Position numbers and translations under genes: made by a program. DNA of 64,000 nt, taken from positions 19,340 to 83,339 of the forward strand of contig JBPYEI010000048.1 of assembly GCA_051985455.1 (NCBI GenBank), written 5' to 3'. Source of the DNA: Acidimicrobiales bacterium (GTDB lineage: Bacteria > Actinomycetota > Acidimicrobiia > Acidimicrobiales > AC-9). The stretch's first letter is position 1, and every line of letters begins with the position of its first letter. This document shows positions 1-9,805 of this stretch, one piece after another. Below the pieces are notes generated by a model. It ran no database searches. It saw only the letters and a program-made list of their open reading frames with translations, and was not told the DNA's origin.

Positions 1-892
1 GCTCGAGCGGCTCTGACAGCGTCAGGTCGTGGGAGACCTGGCGGATGGCCCGCACGGGCGTCGCCAGCGAAAGGTCACGGTCGCCGTACCAGTCGTCCTC
101 GATCATGGCCAGGACGATGGCCGTCACGCCCACCTTCAGGTAGGTGGCCACCTCGGCCAGATTGGCGTCGCCCACGATGACGTGGAGCCGACGGTACTTC
201 TGGGCGTCGGCGTGGGGTTCGTCCCTGGTGTTGACGATGGGCCGCTTGAGGGTCGTCTCCAGGCCGACCTCCTCCTCGAAGAAGTCCGCCCGCTGCGACA
301 GCTGGAAGGGAACCTCGGCCGATCCACCCGCCGACGCCTCGGTGCCCACCTTGCCGGCACCGGTGTAGATCTGGCGGGACACGAAGTGAGGCACCACGTG
401 CTGCACGATCCTGGCGAAGGGCACGGCCCGGTTCATCAGGTAGTTCTCGTGGGTGCCGTACGAGTTGCCCTTGTGGTCGGAGTTGTTCTTGTAGACGACG
501 ATCGCCTCGCCGGCGGGCAGGAGTCGGCCGGCCGCCTCCATTGAACGGGTGAGGATGTGCTCCCCCGCTTTGTCGTACCGGACGAGCTCTTTGGCCGTCA
601 GGCACTCCGGCGTCGAGAACTCAGGGTGGGCGTGATCGACGTAGTACCTGGCCCCGTTGGTCAGGACGGCGTTGACGAGGTGCGTCTCGACCTCGGGAGC
701 GTCCTCGCGGGCGAAGCCGCGGGCGTCGTTCCCGGGGCTCTCGTCCTCGAAGTCCCACCCCACGCGGCGCTGCAGCTCGGCGACGTAGGCGTTGATGAGG
801 ACCGACGAGGCGGCGATGGGGTTGGCCTCGCCAGGGCCGACGGACTGGATGCCGTACTCGGTCTCGATGCCGCACACCTTCGGGATGGCCAC
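1..892 (-). CDS. dop: Pup deamidase/depupylase Dop, N-terminal ~297 codons; the gene runs off the window start
   Basis: Absent from the ORF track because it has no stop in the window. My minus-strand translation from GTG at 892 (in-frame TAG four codons upstream) gives [15 protein letters not shown]...[21 protein letters not shown]...[20 protein letters not shown]. These are Dop-type motifs of the Dop/PafA family. It lies directly downstream of mpa, as in actinobacterial pupylation loci. Confidence 0.85.
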   Translation of the reverse strand, partial: MAIPKVCGIETEYGIQSVGPGEANPIAASSVLINAYVAELQRRVGWDFEDESPGNDARGFAREDAPEVETHLVNAVLTNGARYYVDHAHPEFSTPECLTAKELVRYDKAGEHILTRSMEAAGRLLPAGEAIVVYKNNSDHKGNSYGTHENYLMNRAVPFARIVQHVVPHFVSRQIYTGAGKVGTEASAGGSAEVPFQLSQRADFFEEEVGLETTLKRPIVNTRDEPHADAQKYRRLHVIVGDANLAEVATYLKVGVTAIVLAMIEDDWYGDRDLSLATPVRAIRQVSHDLTLSEPLE

Positions 893-962
893 GAAGGGAC
901 CCTACCCTGGTGCCGCCGCCCGTGGGACGGTCTGCTGCCTCACCGGTCGCCCCAAGGGGTCG

Positions 963-2735
963 TTAGAGGTACTGGCCGGTCCCCACGCGCTCGATCGAGC
1001 GTCCACCCGTCGCCTCCTTGCCCTCGGAAAGCAGGGTGCGAACGTAGACGATCCGCTCGCCCTTCTTGCCGGAGATCTTGGCCCAGTCGTCGGGGTTGGT
1101 CGTGTTGGGCAGGTCCTCGTGCTCCTTGTACTCCTGCCTGATGGAATCGAGCAGATCGTCGGTACGGATGCCCTCGCCCTGCTGGGCGATGGTTCGCTTG
1201 ATGGCCAGCTTCTTGGCCCGACGGACGATGTTCTCGATCATGGCGCCGGAGGCGAAGTCCTTGAAGTAGAGGATCTCCTTGTCCCCGTTCTGGTAGGTGA
1301 CTTCGAGGAAACGGTTGAGCTCGTCGGACTGGTACATGGTCGCGACCGTCGTCTCGACCATGCGCCGCACCGCCTTGTCGCGGTCCCCACCGCCGAGGGA
1401 TGTGACCTCCTCGGAGTCCAGCGGCAGGTCGGGATAGAGGTAGCGGGAGAAGATCTGGGCGGCCGCTTCCTCGTCGGGCCGCTCGATCTTGATCTTCACG
1501 TCGAGACGACCGGGGCGCAGGATGGCCGGGTCGATGAGGTCCTCACGGTTCGACGCCCCGATGACGATGACGTTGCGCAAGGCCTCCACGCCATCGATCT
1601 CGGCCAGGAGCTGGGGCACGACGGTGGACTCCATGTCGGAGCTGATGCCCGACCCGCGGGTCCGGAACAGGGAGTCCATCTCGTCGAAGAAGACGATGAC
1701 CGGCACCCCCTCCTCCGACTTCTCCCGCGCCCGCTGGAACACCAGCCGGATCTGGCGTTCGGTCTCGCCCACGTACTTGTTGAGCAGCTCGGGCCCCTTG
1801 ATGTTGAGGAAATAGCTCCTGGCCTTGCGGTCGCCGGACTGCTCGGCGACCTTCTTGGCCAGCGAGTTGGCCACCGCCTTGGCGATCAGCGTCTTGCCGC
1901 AGCCGGGCGGGCCGTAGAGCAGCACTCCCTTCGGAGCGGGCAGGCGGTGCTTGACGAACAGCTCCCGGTGCAGGAACGGCAGCTCGACGGCGTCGGTGAT
2001 GGCCTCGATCTGGTCGTCGAGGCCCCCGACGTCGGCATAGGAGATGTCGGGCACCTCCTCGAGGATGAGCTCCTCTACCTCTGGTCGAGGAAGCCGCTCG
2101 AGGAGCAGATCGGTACGCGGGTCGAGGAGCACCGAGTCCCCCGCCCGGAGCTGGATGTCCATGAGGGATTCGGACCGGTCGGCGACCCGCTCCTCGTCGG
2201 CCCGCCCGAGCACGACCACCCGCCGGCCGTCCTCGAGGAGCTCCTTGACCGTGACGACCTCACCCGACAGGTCGGCCTCCCGGGCCAGCACGACGTTCAG
2301 CGACTCGTTGAGGACCACCTCGTCGCCCCGCTTGAGATCCTCGACCACCAGCTCGGGGTGCAGCGAGACGCGCACCTTGCGCCCGCCCGAGAAGACGTCG
2401 ACGGTGCCGTCGTCGTTGCGGGCCAGATAGGTGCCGTAGGCGGAGGGTGGCTGGGTGAGCTTCTCCACCTCCTCCCGCAGGGTGGCGATATGCTCCCTCG
2501 CCTGCTGGAGGGTGAAGGTCAGCTTTTCGTTCTGGGAGACGGCCTGGGCCAGCTGGCCCTTCGTCTCGAGCAACTTCTCTTCGAGGGTGCGCACACGCTT
2601 GGGTGCATCCTGGAGCCGGCGGCGGAGCGTGACGATCTCGTCCTCCAGCACCTTGGCCTGCTCACGGAGCTGGGTCATGTCGCGCTCGTAGGCGGCGAGC
2701 CGACGCTGGGACTCGGAGTCTGCCGTCGGAACCAC
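963..2735 (-). CDS. mpa: Proteasome-associated AAA+ ATPase (Mpa/ARC)
   Basis: 590-aa ORF with a coiled-coil N-terminus, Walker [12 protein letters not shown], an AAA+ core and a C-terminal ...GTGQYL tail (the QYL proteasome-docking motif). Confidence 0.95.
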   Translation of the reverse strand: MVPTADSESQRRLAAYERDMTQLREQAKVLEDEIVTLRRRLQDAPKRVRTLEEKLLETKGQLAQAVSQNEKLTFTLQQAREHIATLREEVEKLTQPPSAYGTYLARNDDGTVDVFSGGRKVRVSLHPELVVEDLKRGDEVVLNESLNVVLAREADLSGEVVTVKELLEDGRRVVVLGRADEERVADRSESLMDIQLRAGDSVLLDPRTDLLLERLPRPEVEELILEEVPDISYADVGGLDDQIEAITDAVELPFLHRELFVKHRLPAPKGVLLYGPPGCGKTLIAKAVANSLAKKVAEQSGDRKARSYFLNIKGPELLNKYVGETERQIRLVFQRAREKSEEGVPVIVFFDEMDSLFRTRGSGISSDMESTVVPQLLAEIDGVEALRNVIVIGASNREDLIDPAILRPGRLDVKIKIERPDEEAAAQIFSRYLYPDLPLDSEEVTSLGGGDRDKAVRRMVETTVATMYQSDELNRFLEVTYQNGDKEILYFKDFASGAMIENIVRRAKKLAIKRTIAQQGEGIRTDDLLDSIRQEYKEHEDLPNTTNPDDWAKISGKKGERIVYVRTLLSEGKEATGGRSIERVGTGQYL

Positions 2736-2871
2736 CTCCTCTCACCTCACTTGGCGAACATACACCGGTGTCATGCGCCTCGACACGCACCTACGGCGCT
2801 ATACCCTGGACTTGGGCCTTGTCCCCGATCCCGGTTTGGCCGGCAAATTTCCCCCGCCCTTGCCGTGGAAA

Positions 2872-2900
2872 TTGACACTGCCGGTCTGGATCGTTAGGTT
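2872..2900 (+). promoter_or_regulatory. Candidate SigA-type promoter for the ferredoxin gene
   Basis: TTGACA (2872-2877), a 17-nt spacer, then TAGGTT (2895-2900), about 35 nt upstream of the proposed start. By-eye match only. Confidence 0.4.
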
Positions 2901-2934
2901 CAGGAACGACCGCGACGTCCCGAGAGGCATGCTG

Positions 2935-3171
2935 ATGAAGGTCTGGATCGACCAGGATCTCTGCACCGGCGACGGTCTCTGTGAGGAGATCGCGCCCGCA
3001 GTGTTCACGCTGCTGGACGATGGCTTGGCCTACGTCAAAGAGGACGACAAGGTCCTGAACGACCCTGGCGGCGCCGAGGGAATGGCCACCGTGCCATCCG
3101 ATCTCGAGGACGCCGTGGTCGAAGCGGCCGAGGAGTGTCCGGGCGAGTGCATCTTCGTCGAGAAGGCGTGA
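2935..3171 (+). CDS. Small ferredoxin (single Fe-S cluster type)
   Basis: Tail of the 132-aa ORF: MKVWIDQDLCTGDGLCEEIAP...AAEECPGECIFV, a CxxxxxC...CP cluster motif. ATG 2935 is preferred because GAGAGG lies 7 nt upstream; ATG 2929 is possible. Confidence 0.8.
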   Translation: MKVWIDQDLCTGDGLCEEIAPAVFTLLDDGLAYVKEDDKVLNDPGGAEGMATVPSDLEDAVVEAAEECPGECIFVEKA

Positions 3172-3284
3172 GGCCCACGCCTGACGACCTGCGCGTCGGC
3201 ATTTAGCCGCTACCAGCCCTCGTTCTCCAGCACGCTCCCGCTCCGCCCCGGCGTCGTGTCCGCCTTGTCGGTGGTGGTCGTTGG

Positions 3285-4100
3285 TCACACCGGGTCGTGG
3301 TGCTGTCCCCTATCGGGCTGGGCAGGTTCAGCCACGAGCAGACGGGCGTGGGTGAGAAAGCCTGTGTGACCGACCATGCGGTGGTCGGGACGGACTGATC
3401 TGCCTTCGACGTGCCACGTCCGCTGGAGCACCTCGAGCGTCTCGGCCAGCCCGAAGGCGCTGTCGTTCAACGTCTCGCGCAGCTGCGTCACCTGACCGAT
3501 CGTGGGCAGGTAGGCGACGAGGATCCCCCCCGGGCGCATGGCGGCTTCGGCGTGCGGGACCACGCGCCACGGCTCGGGAAGGTCCAGTACGACACGGTCC
3601 ACGCCGGTCTCGCCGATGCCCTCGTACACGTCTCGCTGCTCGACACGAAACCGCCGGGCCTGGCGCCCGTCGAGTAGCTGGGTCACGTTGGCCTCGGCCC
3701 GGACGGCGAAGTCCGGTCGCAGCTCGTAGCCGATGACCTCGGCACCGGCGCGCAGCAGCGCCATCGACAGGGCTCCCGAGCCGACACCGGCCTCGACGAC
3801 CCGCACCCCCGGAAAGACGTCGGCCGCCATGAGGATCGCTCCGAGGTCCTTCGGGTAGATGACCTGGGCGCCCCGAGGCATCTCCAGCACCAGCTCCGAG
3901 AGCGTCGGACGGAGGGCGACGTAGCGGGCCCCTGTCGTCGATCGCACTGTCGTACCGACGGGGCTGCCGATCAGCAGGGAGTGCTCGACGATCCCTGAAT
4001 GGCTGTGGAACCGGCCCTGGTTCGTCAACGTGACCAGATGGCGGCGGCGTTTCGAGTCGAGGAGCAGGACCCGGTCGCCGACCGCGAATCGGTCGCTCAA
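3285..4100 (-). CDS. trmI: tRNA (adenine58-N1)-methyltransferase TrmI
   Basis: SAM-binding motif VVEAGVGSGALSMALLRAG and the N-terminal FAVGDRVLLLD beta-domain. The mpa-proximal position matches mycobacterial Rv2118c. I propose the TTG at 4100, which overlaps the upstream stop (TTGA). The longest ORF reaches 4256 but its extra N-terminus is Arg/Pro-rich. Confidence 0.85.
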   Translation of the reverse strand: MSDRFAVGDRVLLLDSKRRRHLVTLTNQGRFHSHSGIVEHSLLIGSPVGTTVRSTTGARYVALRPTLSELVLEMPRGAQVIYPKDLGAILMAADVFPGVRVVEAGVGSGALSMALLRAGAEVIGYELRPDFAVRAEANVTQLLDGRQARRFRVEQRDVYEGIGETGVDRVVLDLPEPWRVVPHAEAAMRPGGILVAYLPTIGQVTQLRETLNDSAFGLAETLEVLQRTWHVEGRSVRPDHRMVGHTGFLTHARLLVAEPAQPDRGQHHDPV

Positions 4101-4327
4101 CGGCGTCCCGCCCGCCGCCCCTTGTGCTTGCCCGGGGGTTCCTCGTGCGTGATCGTGAGGCGGGCGCCTGGTGGGAGCGACTCGGAGTACACGACCTCTT
4201 CGCGACGGATGCCCCACCTCAAAATGGCGAAGGCGGTGAGCCAGACGATCGTCCACACCCGGTTTCCACCCAGAACCCCCCGGCGCATGCCGGTGCTCCT
4301 GAGCCTGCGGAGCAGGCGCTCGAACAC
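4097..4327 (-). CDS. Small membrane protein (76 aa, 1 TM), unknown function
   Basis: ORF with one hydrophobic helix, VWTIVWLTAFAILRWGI. Its stop overlaps the trmI start, and it begins 1 nt after the upstream gene ends. Confidence 0.55.
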   Translation of the reverse strand: MFERLLRRLRSTGMRRGVLGGNRVWTIVWLTAFAILRWGIRREEVVYSESLPPGARLTITHEEPPGKHKGRRAGRR

Positions 4328-4328
4328 C

Positions 4329-4547
4329 TCAGACCCGCCTGATCTCGACCACTGTCGACCGACGGCGGCCCTGCCGACGGCCGAGCACGTAGACGACGGT
4401 GATGATGATCACCGCCCCGGCGATGCCGGCAGCCACGAGGCCCGAACGAGCCGACTCGGTGGTCTGCTCGAACTGACCGCGGATCTGTCGGAACTTGGTC
4501 TCGATGTCCTTGGTCGTGACCCGGTCCTCGGCCTGCGCCGCGCTCAT
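4329..4547 (-). CDS. Small membrane-anchored protein (72 aa), unknown function
   Basis: From ATG 4547, with GGAGGA upstream: MSAAQAEDRVTTKDIETKFRQIRGQFEQ... ending in the TM helix GLVAAGIAGAVIIITVVYVLG. The ATGA overlaps the upstream stop. The 247-aa version in the ORF track is Arg/Pro-rich upstream and overlaps the next gene. Confidence 0.6.
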   Translation of the reverse strand: MSAAQAEDRVTTKDIETKFRQIRGQFEQTTESARSGLVAAGIAGAVIIITVVYVLGRRQGRRRSTVVEIRRV

Positions 4548-4891
4548 GTCTCTGCTCCTCCTTTGGCCCGGGCCTTGGCCCGCCCTCGCCCCACGGCCGC
4601 CAACGCCAGGGCGGCCACGGCCAGACCGCTGAGGGCGCAGATGCCGTAGGGGACCCACGTGAGGTTCCCGGTGAACGTCGCGCCCGTCATCTCCTGGAGA
4701 CCCCGCAGCAGCGCGATCTCCAGCAGGGCGAGCCCCGTCACGAGCACCGCCGAGCCCACCAGGCCGAAGAGGACGAAGCGGCCCAGGTCCTTGATCGGGT
4801 CCAGCGTCTCCTGCCGCAGGTACCGCAGCAGGAGGTCCCTGAGCTCGGACACGAGCGCCGGCAGCGGCCGATCTTCGCTGGTCTCGGGCAT
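4544..4891 (-). CDS. Small integral membrane protein (115 aa, 2 TM); possibly a holin-X-like family, uncertain
   Basis: Two hydrophobic helices, FVLFGLVGSAVLVTGLALLEIALL and VPYGICALSGLAVAALALAAV, and a basic C-terminus. It is the first gene of a translationally coupled string ending in trmI. Confidence 0.65.
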   Translation of the reverse strand: MPETSEDRPLPALVSELRDLLLRYLRQETLDPIKDLGRFVLFGLVGSAVLVTGLALLEIALLRGLQEMTGATFTGNLTWVPYGICALSGLAVAALALAAVGRGRAKARAKGGAET

Positions 4892-5126
4892 CCGCTCCTC
4901 CGATGGGCTCAGCCTTACTATCCCGCCAACGGGTCAGCACGCAAGCATTCGGACAGGCTCCCGGCCTCTGCCTGACACTCGCCTGGTGCTGCCGGCCGGG
5001 GCAGTTGTCCGGTTCCACGTTGCGTCGAAAGTGGCCGCCCGGGTACGGCCTCGGCGCCCGGTTTTCGACCATACGTGGAACCGCCAGGAGTTCCCGAGCG
5101 GTGACGTCGGCCGAGGGCGCCAGCCC

Positions 5127-5774
5127 CTATTCGGGGTCGCCGTCGGACAAGCGGTAGGCGAGCAGGTCGCCGGCCGCCGTGGCGAGGTCGGCCAACAGCC
5201 GCAGACGGCTCTGGACGTCCGGCGTCTCCAGCAGATGCTGGTGATCGACAGGGCCGAGTGGGGCGATGGCGCACAACTGCCACGCCGCGATGGCGGGCTC
5301 GTCGTCGAGGGCGACGGTGGCCGGTACCCCTGGGTGGTCGGCCAGCTCGGTCTGGAGGGCGAGCGCACGGCGTACGGCCCGCGAAGCGAGCTCGAGATGC
5401 TCCATGTCCTCCGCCGTCATCGGGGGATCGGCCACGTCCTCGACCAGGGCGACCGGGTACGGGTCGTCCGGCAGCCAGGCGGTCACCCTGATCTGTCGGG
5501 TGCCGGTCGCCAACAGGACCCACCGTCCGTCCGGGAGCTCGGCCGACTCGGCGATGAGCGCTACCGTGCCGATCGGGAAGCGCGTGTCGCCGCCGCCGAC
5601 CTCCGAGCCGCGTTCGATGAGGACGACCCCGAACTCGCCGTTGCCGGCGAGACAGTCACGCATGAGGGCCCGATAGCGCGACTCGAAGACGTGCAGGGGC
5701 AGGCCCATGTGGGGAAAGAGCACGGTACCCAGGGGGAACATCGGCAACGGAAGCGGCTCCCGCCCTGTCGTCAC
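5127..5774 (-). CDS. LON N-terminal (substrate-binding) domain protein
   Basis: MFPLGTVLFPHMGLPLHVFESRYRALM... is the canonical Lon N-domain opening. GTG 5774 overlaps the upstream stop (GTGA); ATG 5741 is an alternative start. Confidence 0.85.
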   Translation of the reverse strand: MTTGREPLPLPMFPLGTVLFPHMGLPLHVFESRYRALMRDCLAGNGEFGVVLIERGSEVGGGDTRFPIGTVALIAESAELPDGRWVLLATGTRQIRVTAWLPDDPYPVALVEDVADPPMTAEDMEHLELASRAVRRALALQTELADHPGVPATVALDDEPAIAAWQLCAIAPLGPVDHQHLLETPDVQSRLRLLADLATAAGDLLAYRLSDGDPE

Positions 5775-6181
5775 GACCGTGGGCTGAGTAGGTAGGTCGA
5801 GGTGGCTCGGGCGACCATCCGACCCTCGTCGTCGGTGACGTCGGCTTCTACGAACGCCGCCCGCGAGCCGCCCGACACGACCCACGCCGTGCACGTCAGG
5901 GTTGATCCCACGCGAGCGGGCTTGAAGAAGCTGATCTTCAACTCGGCGTTGGCGGAGAAGACCTTGCGCTCCCTGGCCCAGGTGAGCGACGCAGCCCCCA
6001 TGGCCGAGTCGGCGAAGGCCGTGACAAACCCGCCCTGGAGCACCCCCGTCGGGTTGGCGAAGCGTTCATCGGCGACCATGCGCCACATGGTCCGCCCGGG
6101 CTCGGACTTTTCCAGGCACACCATCCCGAGGGTGAGGTCACAGTTGGGCGGGACCTGCACCCTCGGATCGGTCGGCGTCAC
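5771..6181 (-). CDS. PaaI-family hotdog thioesterase
   Basis: 136 aa with the GVLQGGFVTAFADSAMG hotdog motif. Confidence 0.85.
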   Translation of the reverse strand: MTPTDPRVQVPPNCDLTLGMVCLEKSEPGRTMWRMVADERFANPTGVLQGGFVTAFADSAMGAASLTWARERKVFSANAELKISFFKPARVGSTLTCTAWVVSGGSRAAFVEADVTDDEGRMVARATSTYLLSPRS

Positions 6182-6422
6182 GGCCAGACGCTATCCGAGT
6201 ATCTGGCCCCGCCTCCCTGACCCCGTCTCTGTGTGCCTGCGGTCGCCGGCCGCGGGGCCGGCTGGTCGTTGGACGCGACCTCCCGGGCCTCCCGGGGTCG
6301 GCGACCGCCTCGGCAACAACATCGGCAACAGTCGGCAACGAGGAGCGAACACCACGGCGAACACCTCGTGTGACCTGCGTCAGCAGTGATTCGGGCGAAG
6401 GTGTACCTGCTACCGTGATTTC

Positions 6423-7232
6423 GTGCCCCCGGTTCTTGTCGCCGTTTTCGTCGGCCTGCTCACCTGCCAGCTGGCCATCCTCGTCACGACCGTCTATCTC
6501 CATCGGACCCTGGCCCACCGGGCCATGACCCTCTCGCCGTTGGCGACCGCCGTCTTCCGCTTGCTCACGTGGATCACGACCGGCATCCGACCGAGGCAGT
6601 GGGTGGCCGTGCACCGCAAGCACCACGCCTTCACCGACGTCGAGGGCGATCCCCACTCCCCCGTCCTCGAGGGCTATGCCGCTGTGCAGTTCGGCAACGT
6701 GGTCATGTACCGCCGTACTGCTCGAGACGATGCCACCGTCGGCCGGTATGCCCGCGACCTCCGCGCCGACGCTTGGGACCGTGTGCTGTTCGACCATGCC
6801 CTGATCGGCCTGGCGCTGGGCTACGGCGTGCTCTGGCTCATCCTGGGATGGAAGCTGGCGCTGGTCGCAGCCGCCGTCCACACCGTCGTCTACCTCCTCC
6901 TGAGCGCCGCCATCAATGCCATCGGTCACACCTGGGGGCGGCAGCCCTACGACAACCTCGCTCGCAACAACCAGTGGTTGGCCTGGATCACGCTCGGCGA
7001 GGGGCTGCACAACAATCATCACGCCGCGCCGACCTCGGCCCGCTTCGCCCTGGGGCGAGGACAGGTCGACCCGGCGTGGTGGGCTGTGCGGGCGCTCGAG
7101 CGCTCGGGCCTGGCCGTCGTTCGTCACGGTGACGTGAAGCTCAAGAGCCCCCGCCGGGAAGAGTCGGACCGCCCGACGGCCGTCCCCGGAGATCGGCCCA
7201 GCGAGGACGAGCAGCGCGAAGCGGTCGGCTGA
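6423..7232 (+). CDS. Membrane fatty-acid (acyl-CoA/acyl-lipid type) desaturase
   Basis: Three histidine boxes, HRTLAH, HRKHH and HNNHH, with N-terminal TM helices. Confidence 0.9.
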   Translation: MPPVLVAVFVGLLTCQLAILVTTVYLHRTLAHRAMTLSPLATAVFRLLTWITTGIRPRQWVAVHRKHHAFTDVEGDPHSPVLEGYAAVQFGNVVMYRRTARDDATVGRYARDLRADAWDRVLFDHALIGLALGYGVLWLILGWKLALVAAAVHTVVYLLLSAAINAIGHTWGRQPYDNLARNNQWLAWITLGEGLHNNHHAAPTSARFALGRGQVDPAWWAVRALERSGLAVVRHGDVKLKSPRREESDRPTAVPGDRPSEDEQREAVG

Positions 7233-7329
7233 CTGGCGCACCGCGAGCTCGGTGACGCGTGGGCCTGTCGACCACGACGGTCCCCTGCCGGCGGAACGCG
7301 GCCCGTTCGCGCCGGTAGGGTAAGGGGCG

Positions 7330-8526
7330 GTGCCATTCGCCTCCGCGATCTCGGAGCATCCCGTCGGTGCCCACGCCACGGGGGAGGTCGCCGGCCAGGT
7401 GCTCGAGAAGCTCGGGACCGAGCCCGACCTCGTCGTGCTGTTCGTCACGCCTCCTCACGCCGGTGCGCTGGAAGACGCGGCAGGCGCGGTGCGAGCCATC
7501 CTCGAGCCGCGGACCTTGATCGGATGTGCGGCGGAGTCGGTCGCCGGGGTCAACCGTGAGGTCGAGGGCGGGCCCGCCGTCTGCTTGTGGGCGGGGCGGT
7601 TCGGTCGGGTCATCCCTGTGGGCCTCGACGTCGTCACCGCCGGCGGTGTCGGGAGCGCCACCGGCGACGTGGGGGGCGACGGACAGTTGTCTGTCACCGG
7701 GTGGCCGGGCGAGCTGCCGTTCGAGCCCGGAGGCCTGTTCCTGGTGGCCGACCCCTTCACGTTCCCCGTGGAGGCGTTCATCGACTGGGTGGCGCAGGCG
7801 CACCCGGGCCTGCCGGTGATCGGAGGGATGGCGTCAGCTGCCCGGGGCCCGGGCGGCAACCGAATTGTGCTGGACGACACCATGCGGGTGGGTGGCGCGG
7901 TCGGCGCCATCCTCGGGCCCGGGGTCGAGCTGGCTGCCGTCGTCTCGCAAGGGTGTCGTCCCGTCGGGCACCCCCTGGCCGTGACGCGCGCCGAGGGCAA
8001 CGTCGTCTACGAGCTCGGGGGGCAGCCGGCACTCGAGCGTCTGGTCGACCTCGCCCGGCGCGAGCTGGCGGAGCGGGACGTTGCCCTCATCAACGCGGGC
8101 GGACTGCATCTCGGTCGCGTCATCGACGAGCACAAGGCCGAGTTCGGCCGGGGCGACTTTCTCGTCCGCAACGTGATCGGCGCCGACCGCTCGGCCGGCG
8201 CCATCGCCGTCAACGATGTGGTCGAGCTCGGGACCACGGTCCAGTTCCATCTCCGCGATGCGGTTGCCGCCGACGAAGACCTGCGAACCATGCTGGACGG
8301 GCGTCACGCCGATGCGGCCTTGATGTTCACCTGCAACGGTCGGGGCACCCGCCTGTTCGGCGCTCCCCACCATGACGCCGGCGCACTGGCGGAGACGGTG
8401 GGTGAGATCCCCATGGCCGGTTTCTTCGCCGCCGGCGAGCTGGGGCCCGTGGGTGGACGAAATTTTCTCCATGGCTTCACGGCATCCATTGCCCTCCTCC
8501 AGGAGGTGGACGGACGGCGGGAGTAG
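7330..8526 (+). CDS. FIST N/C-domain sensory protein
   Basis: 398 aa. The FIST_N-like N-half has DLVVLFVTPPH, and the FIST_C end has GFFAAGELGPVGGRNFLHGFTASI. Confidence 0.8.
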   Translation: MPFASAISEHPVGAHATGEVAGQVLEKLGTEPDLVVLFVTPPHAGALEDAAGAVRAILEPRTLIGCAAESVAGVNREVEGGPAVCLWAGRFGRVIPVGLDVVTAGGVGSATGDVGGDGQLSVTGWPGELPFEPGGLFLVADPFTFPVEAFIDWVAQAHPGLPVIGGMASAARGPGGNRIVLDDTMRVGGAVGAILGPGVELAAVVSQGCRPVGHPLAVTRAEGNVVYELGGQPALERLVDLARRELAERDVALINAGGLHLGRVIDEHKAEFGRGDFLVRNVIGADRSAGAIAVNDVVELGTTVQFHLRDAVAADEDLRTMLDGRHADAALMFTCNGRGTRLFGAPHHDAGALAETVGEIPMAGFFAAGELGPVGGRNFLHGFTASIALLQEVDGRRE

Positions 8527-8637
8527 CAGCCAGCTGGGTAGGGTTGACCCGTGGCCGGCGGGAGCCACGGGATCGGAGGCGGTTCCGGCCCGACGGGAAG
8601 CGGTCAGGTGGCCATCAGGGGGAAGAGAGGACGACCG

Positions 8638-9768
8638 ATGACCAAGCTGCATGAGCTCTTCGAGCAGGAGGGCCAGAGTCCCTGGATCGACAATCTCAAG
8701 CGATCGTTCCTGACCAGCGGCCGGCTGGCCGGGCTGGTCGACCAGGGCGTGCGCGGGGTCACGTCCAACCCGACGATCTTCGCCAAGGCCATCGAGGGGG
8801 GTGACGACTACGACGACCAGTACCGCACGCTGACGGGCAAGATGGCCGTCGACGAGGCCTACTGGGAGCTGGTGATCAACGACATCACCAACGCGCTCGC
8901 CGTGCTGCGGCCACTGTACGACTCGAGTGGTGGCACGGACGGCTTCGTCTCCCTCGAGGTGGCGCCGGCCCTGGCCCACGACACGGACGCCAGCATCGAA
9001 GCGGCGCGCTCACTGCATCGCCGCATCGACTCCCCCAACCTGTTCGTCAAGATCCCGGCCACGGCCGAGGGCGTCCCCGCCATCCGCCAGATGATCAGCG
9101 AGGGCCGCAACATCAACGTCACGCTGATCTTCAGCATCGAGCGCCACGGCGACGTGATCGAGGCCTACCTGTCGGGGCTCGAGGAGCTGGCCACCAAGCC
9201 CGGAGCCGACCTGTCTCGGGTGGCCAGTGTGGCGTCCTTCTTCGTGAGCCGGGTCGACACCGAGGTCGACCGTCGCCTCGAGGCCCTGGCCGACCAGGTA
9301 GGTGGCTCGCGGGCGAAGGCGGCGCTCGCCCTTCGAGGCAAGGCGGCGGTGGCGCAGGCCAAGCTCGCGTATCAGCTCTTCGAGGACCGGTTCTCCGGGC
9401 CGCGTTGGGAGTCGCTGGCGGCCAAGGGCGCCCACGTCCAGCGGCCGCTGTGGGCTTCCACGTCCACCAAGAACCCTCACTACGCCGACCTGGCCTACGT
9501 CAACAGCCTGATCGGCCCGCACACCGTGAACACGATGCCCGACGCCACGCTCGACGACTTTCTCGACCACGGCGTCGTCGCCCGCACCGTCGACGCCACG
9601 GCCAGTCAGGCCCAGAAGGTCCTCGACGACCTCGGTGAGCTCGGCGTCGACATGGCCAACGTCGCCCAGACGCTCGAGGACGAGGGTGTCGCCGCCTTCG
9701 GCAAGTCCTTCGACGAGCTCCTCCAGAGCCTGAGCGACAAGGCGAACGCCCTGACGGGCGGCCAGTAG
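8638..9768 (+). CDS. tal: Transaldolase
   Basis: From ATG 8638: MTKLHELFEQEGQSPWIDNL...GVTSNPTIFAKAI. It heads the actinobacterial tal-zwf-opcA-pgl order. Confidence 0.93.
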   Translation: MTKLHELFEQEGQSPWIDNLKRSFLTSGRLAGLVDQGVRGVTSNPTIFAKAIEGGDDYDDQYRTLTGKMAVDEAYWELVINDITNALAVLRPLYDSSGGTDGFVSLEVAPALAHDTDASIEAARSLHRRIDSPNLFVKIPATAEGVPAIRQMISEGRNINVTLIFSIERHGDVIEAYLSGLEELATKPGADLSRVASVASFFVSRVDTEVDRRLEALADQVGGSRAKAALALRGKAAVAQAKLAYQLFEDRFSGPRWESLAAKGAHVQRPLWASTSTKNPHYADLAYVNSLIGPHTVNTMPDATLDDFLDHGVVARTVDATASQAQKVLDDLGELGVDMANVAQTLEDEGVAAFGKSFDELLQSLSDKANALTGGQ

Positions 9769-9805
9769 ACGACGAGCAGATGACGGCGCTGGCGGAGAGG
9801 AAGGG

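Noticed and set aside
4101-4256. A longer TrmI start at 4256
   Set aside because: The added 52 residues are Arg/His/Pro-rich and overlap the 76-aa membrane ORF, which has better coding character. The TTG at 4100 gives a normal-length TrmI with a TTGA coupling.
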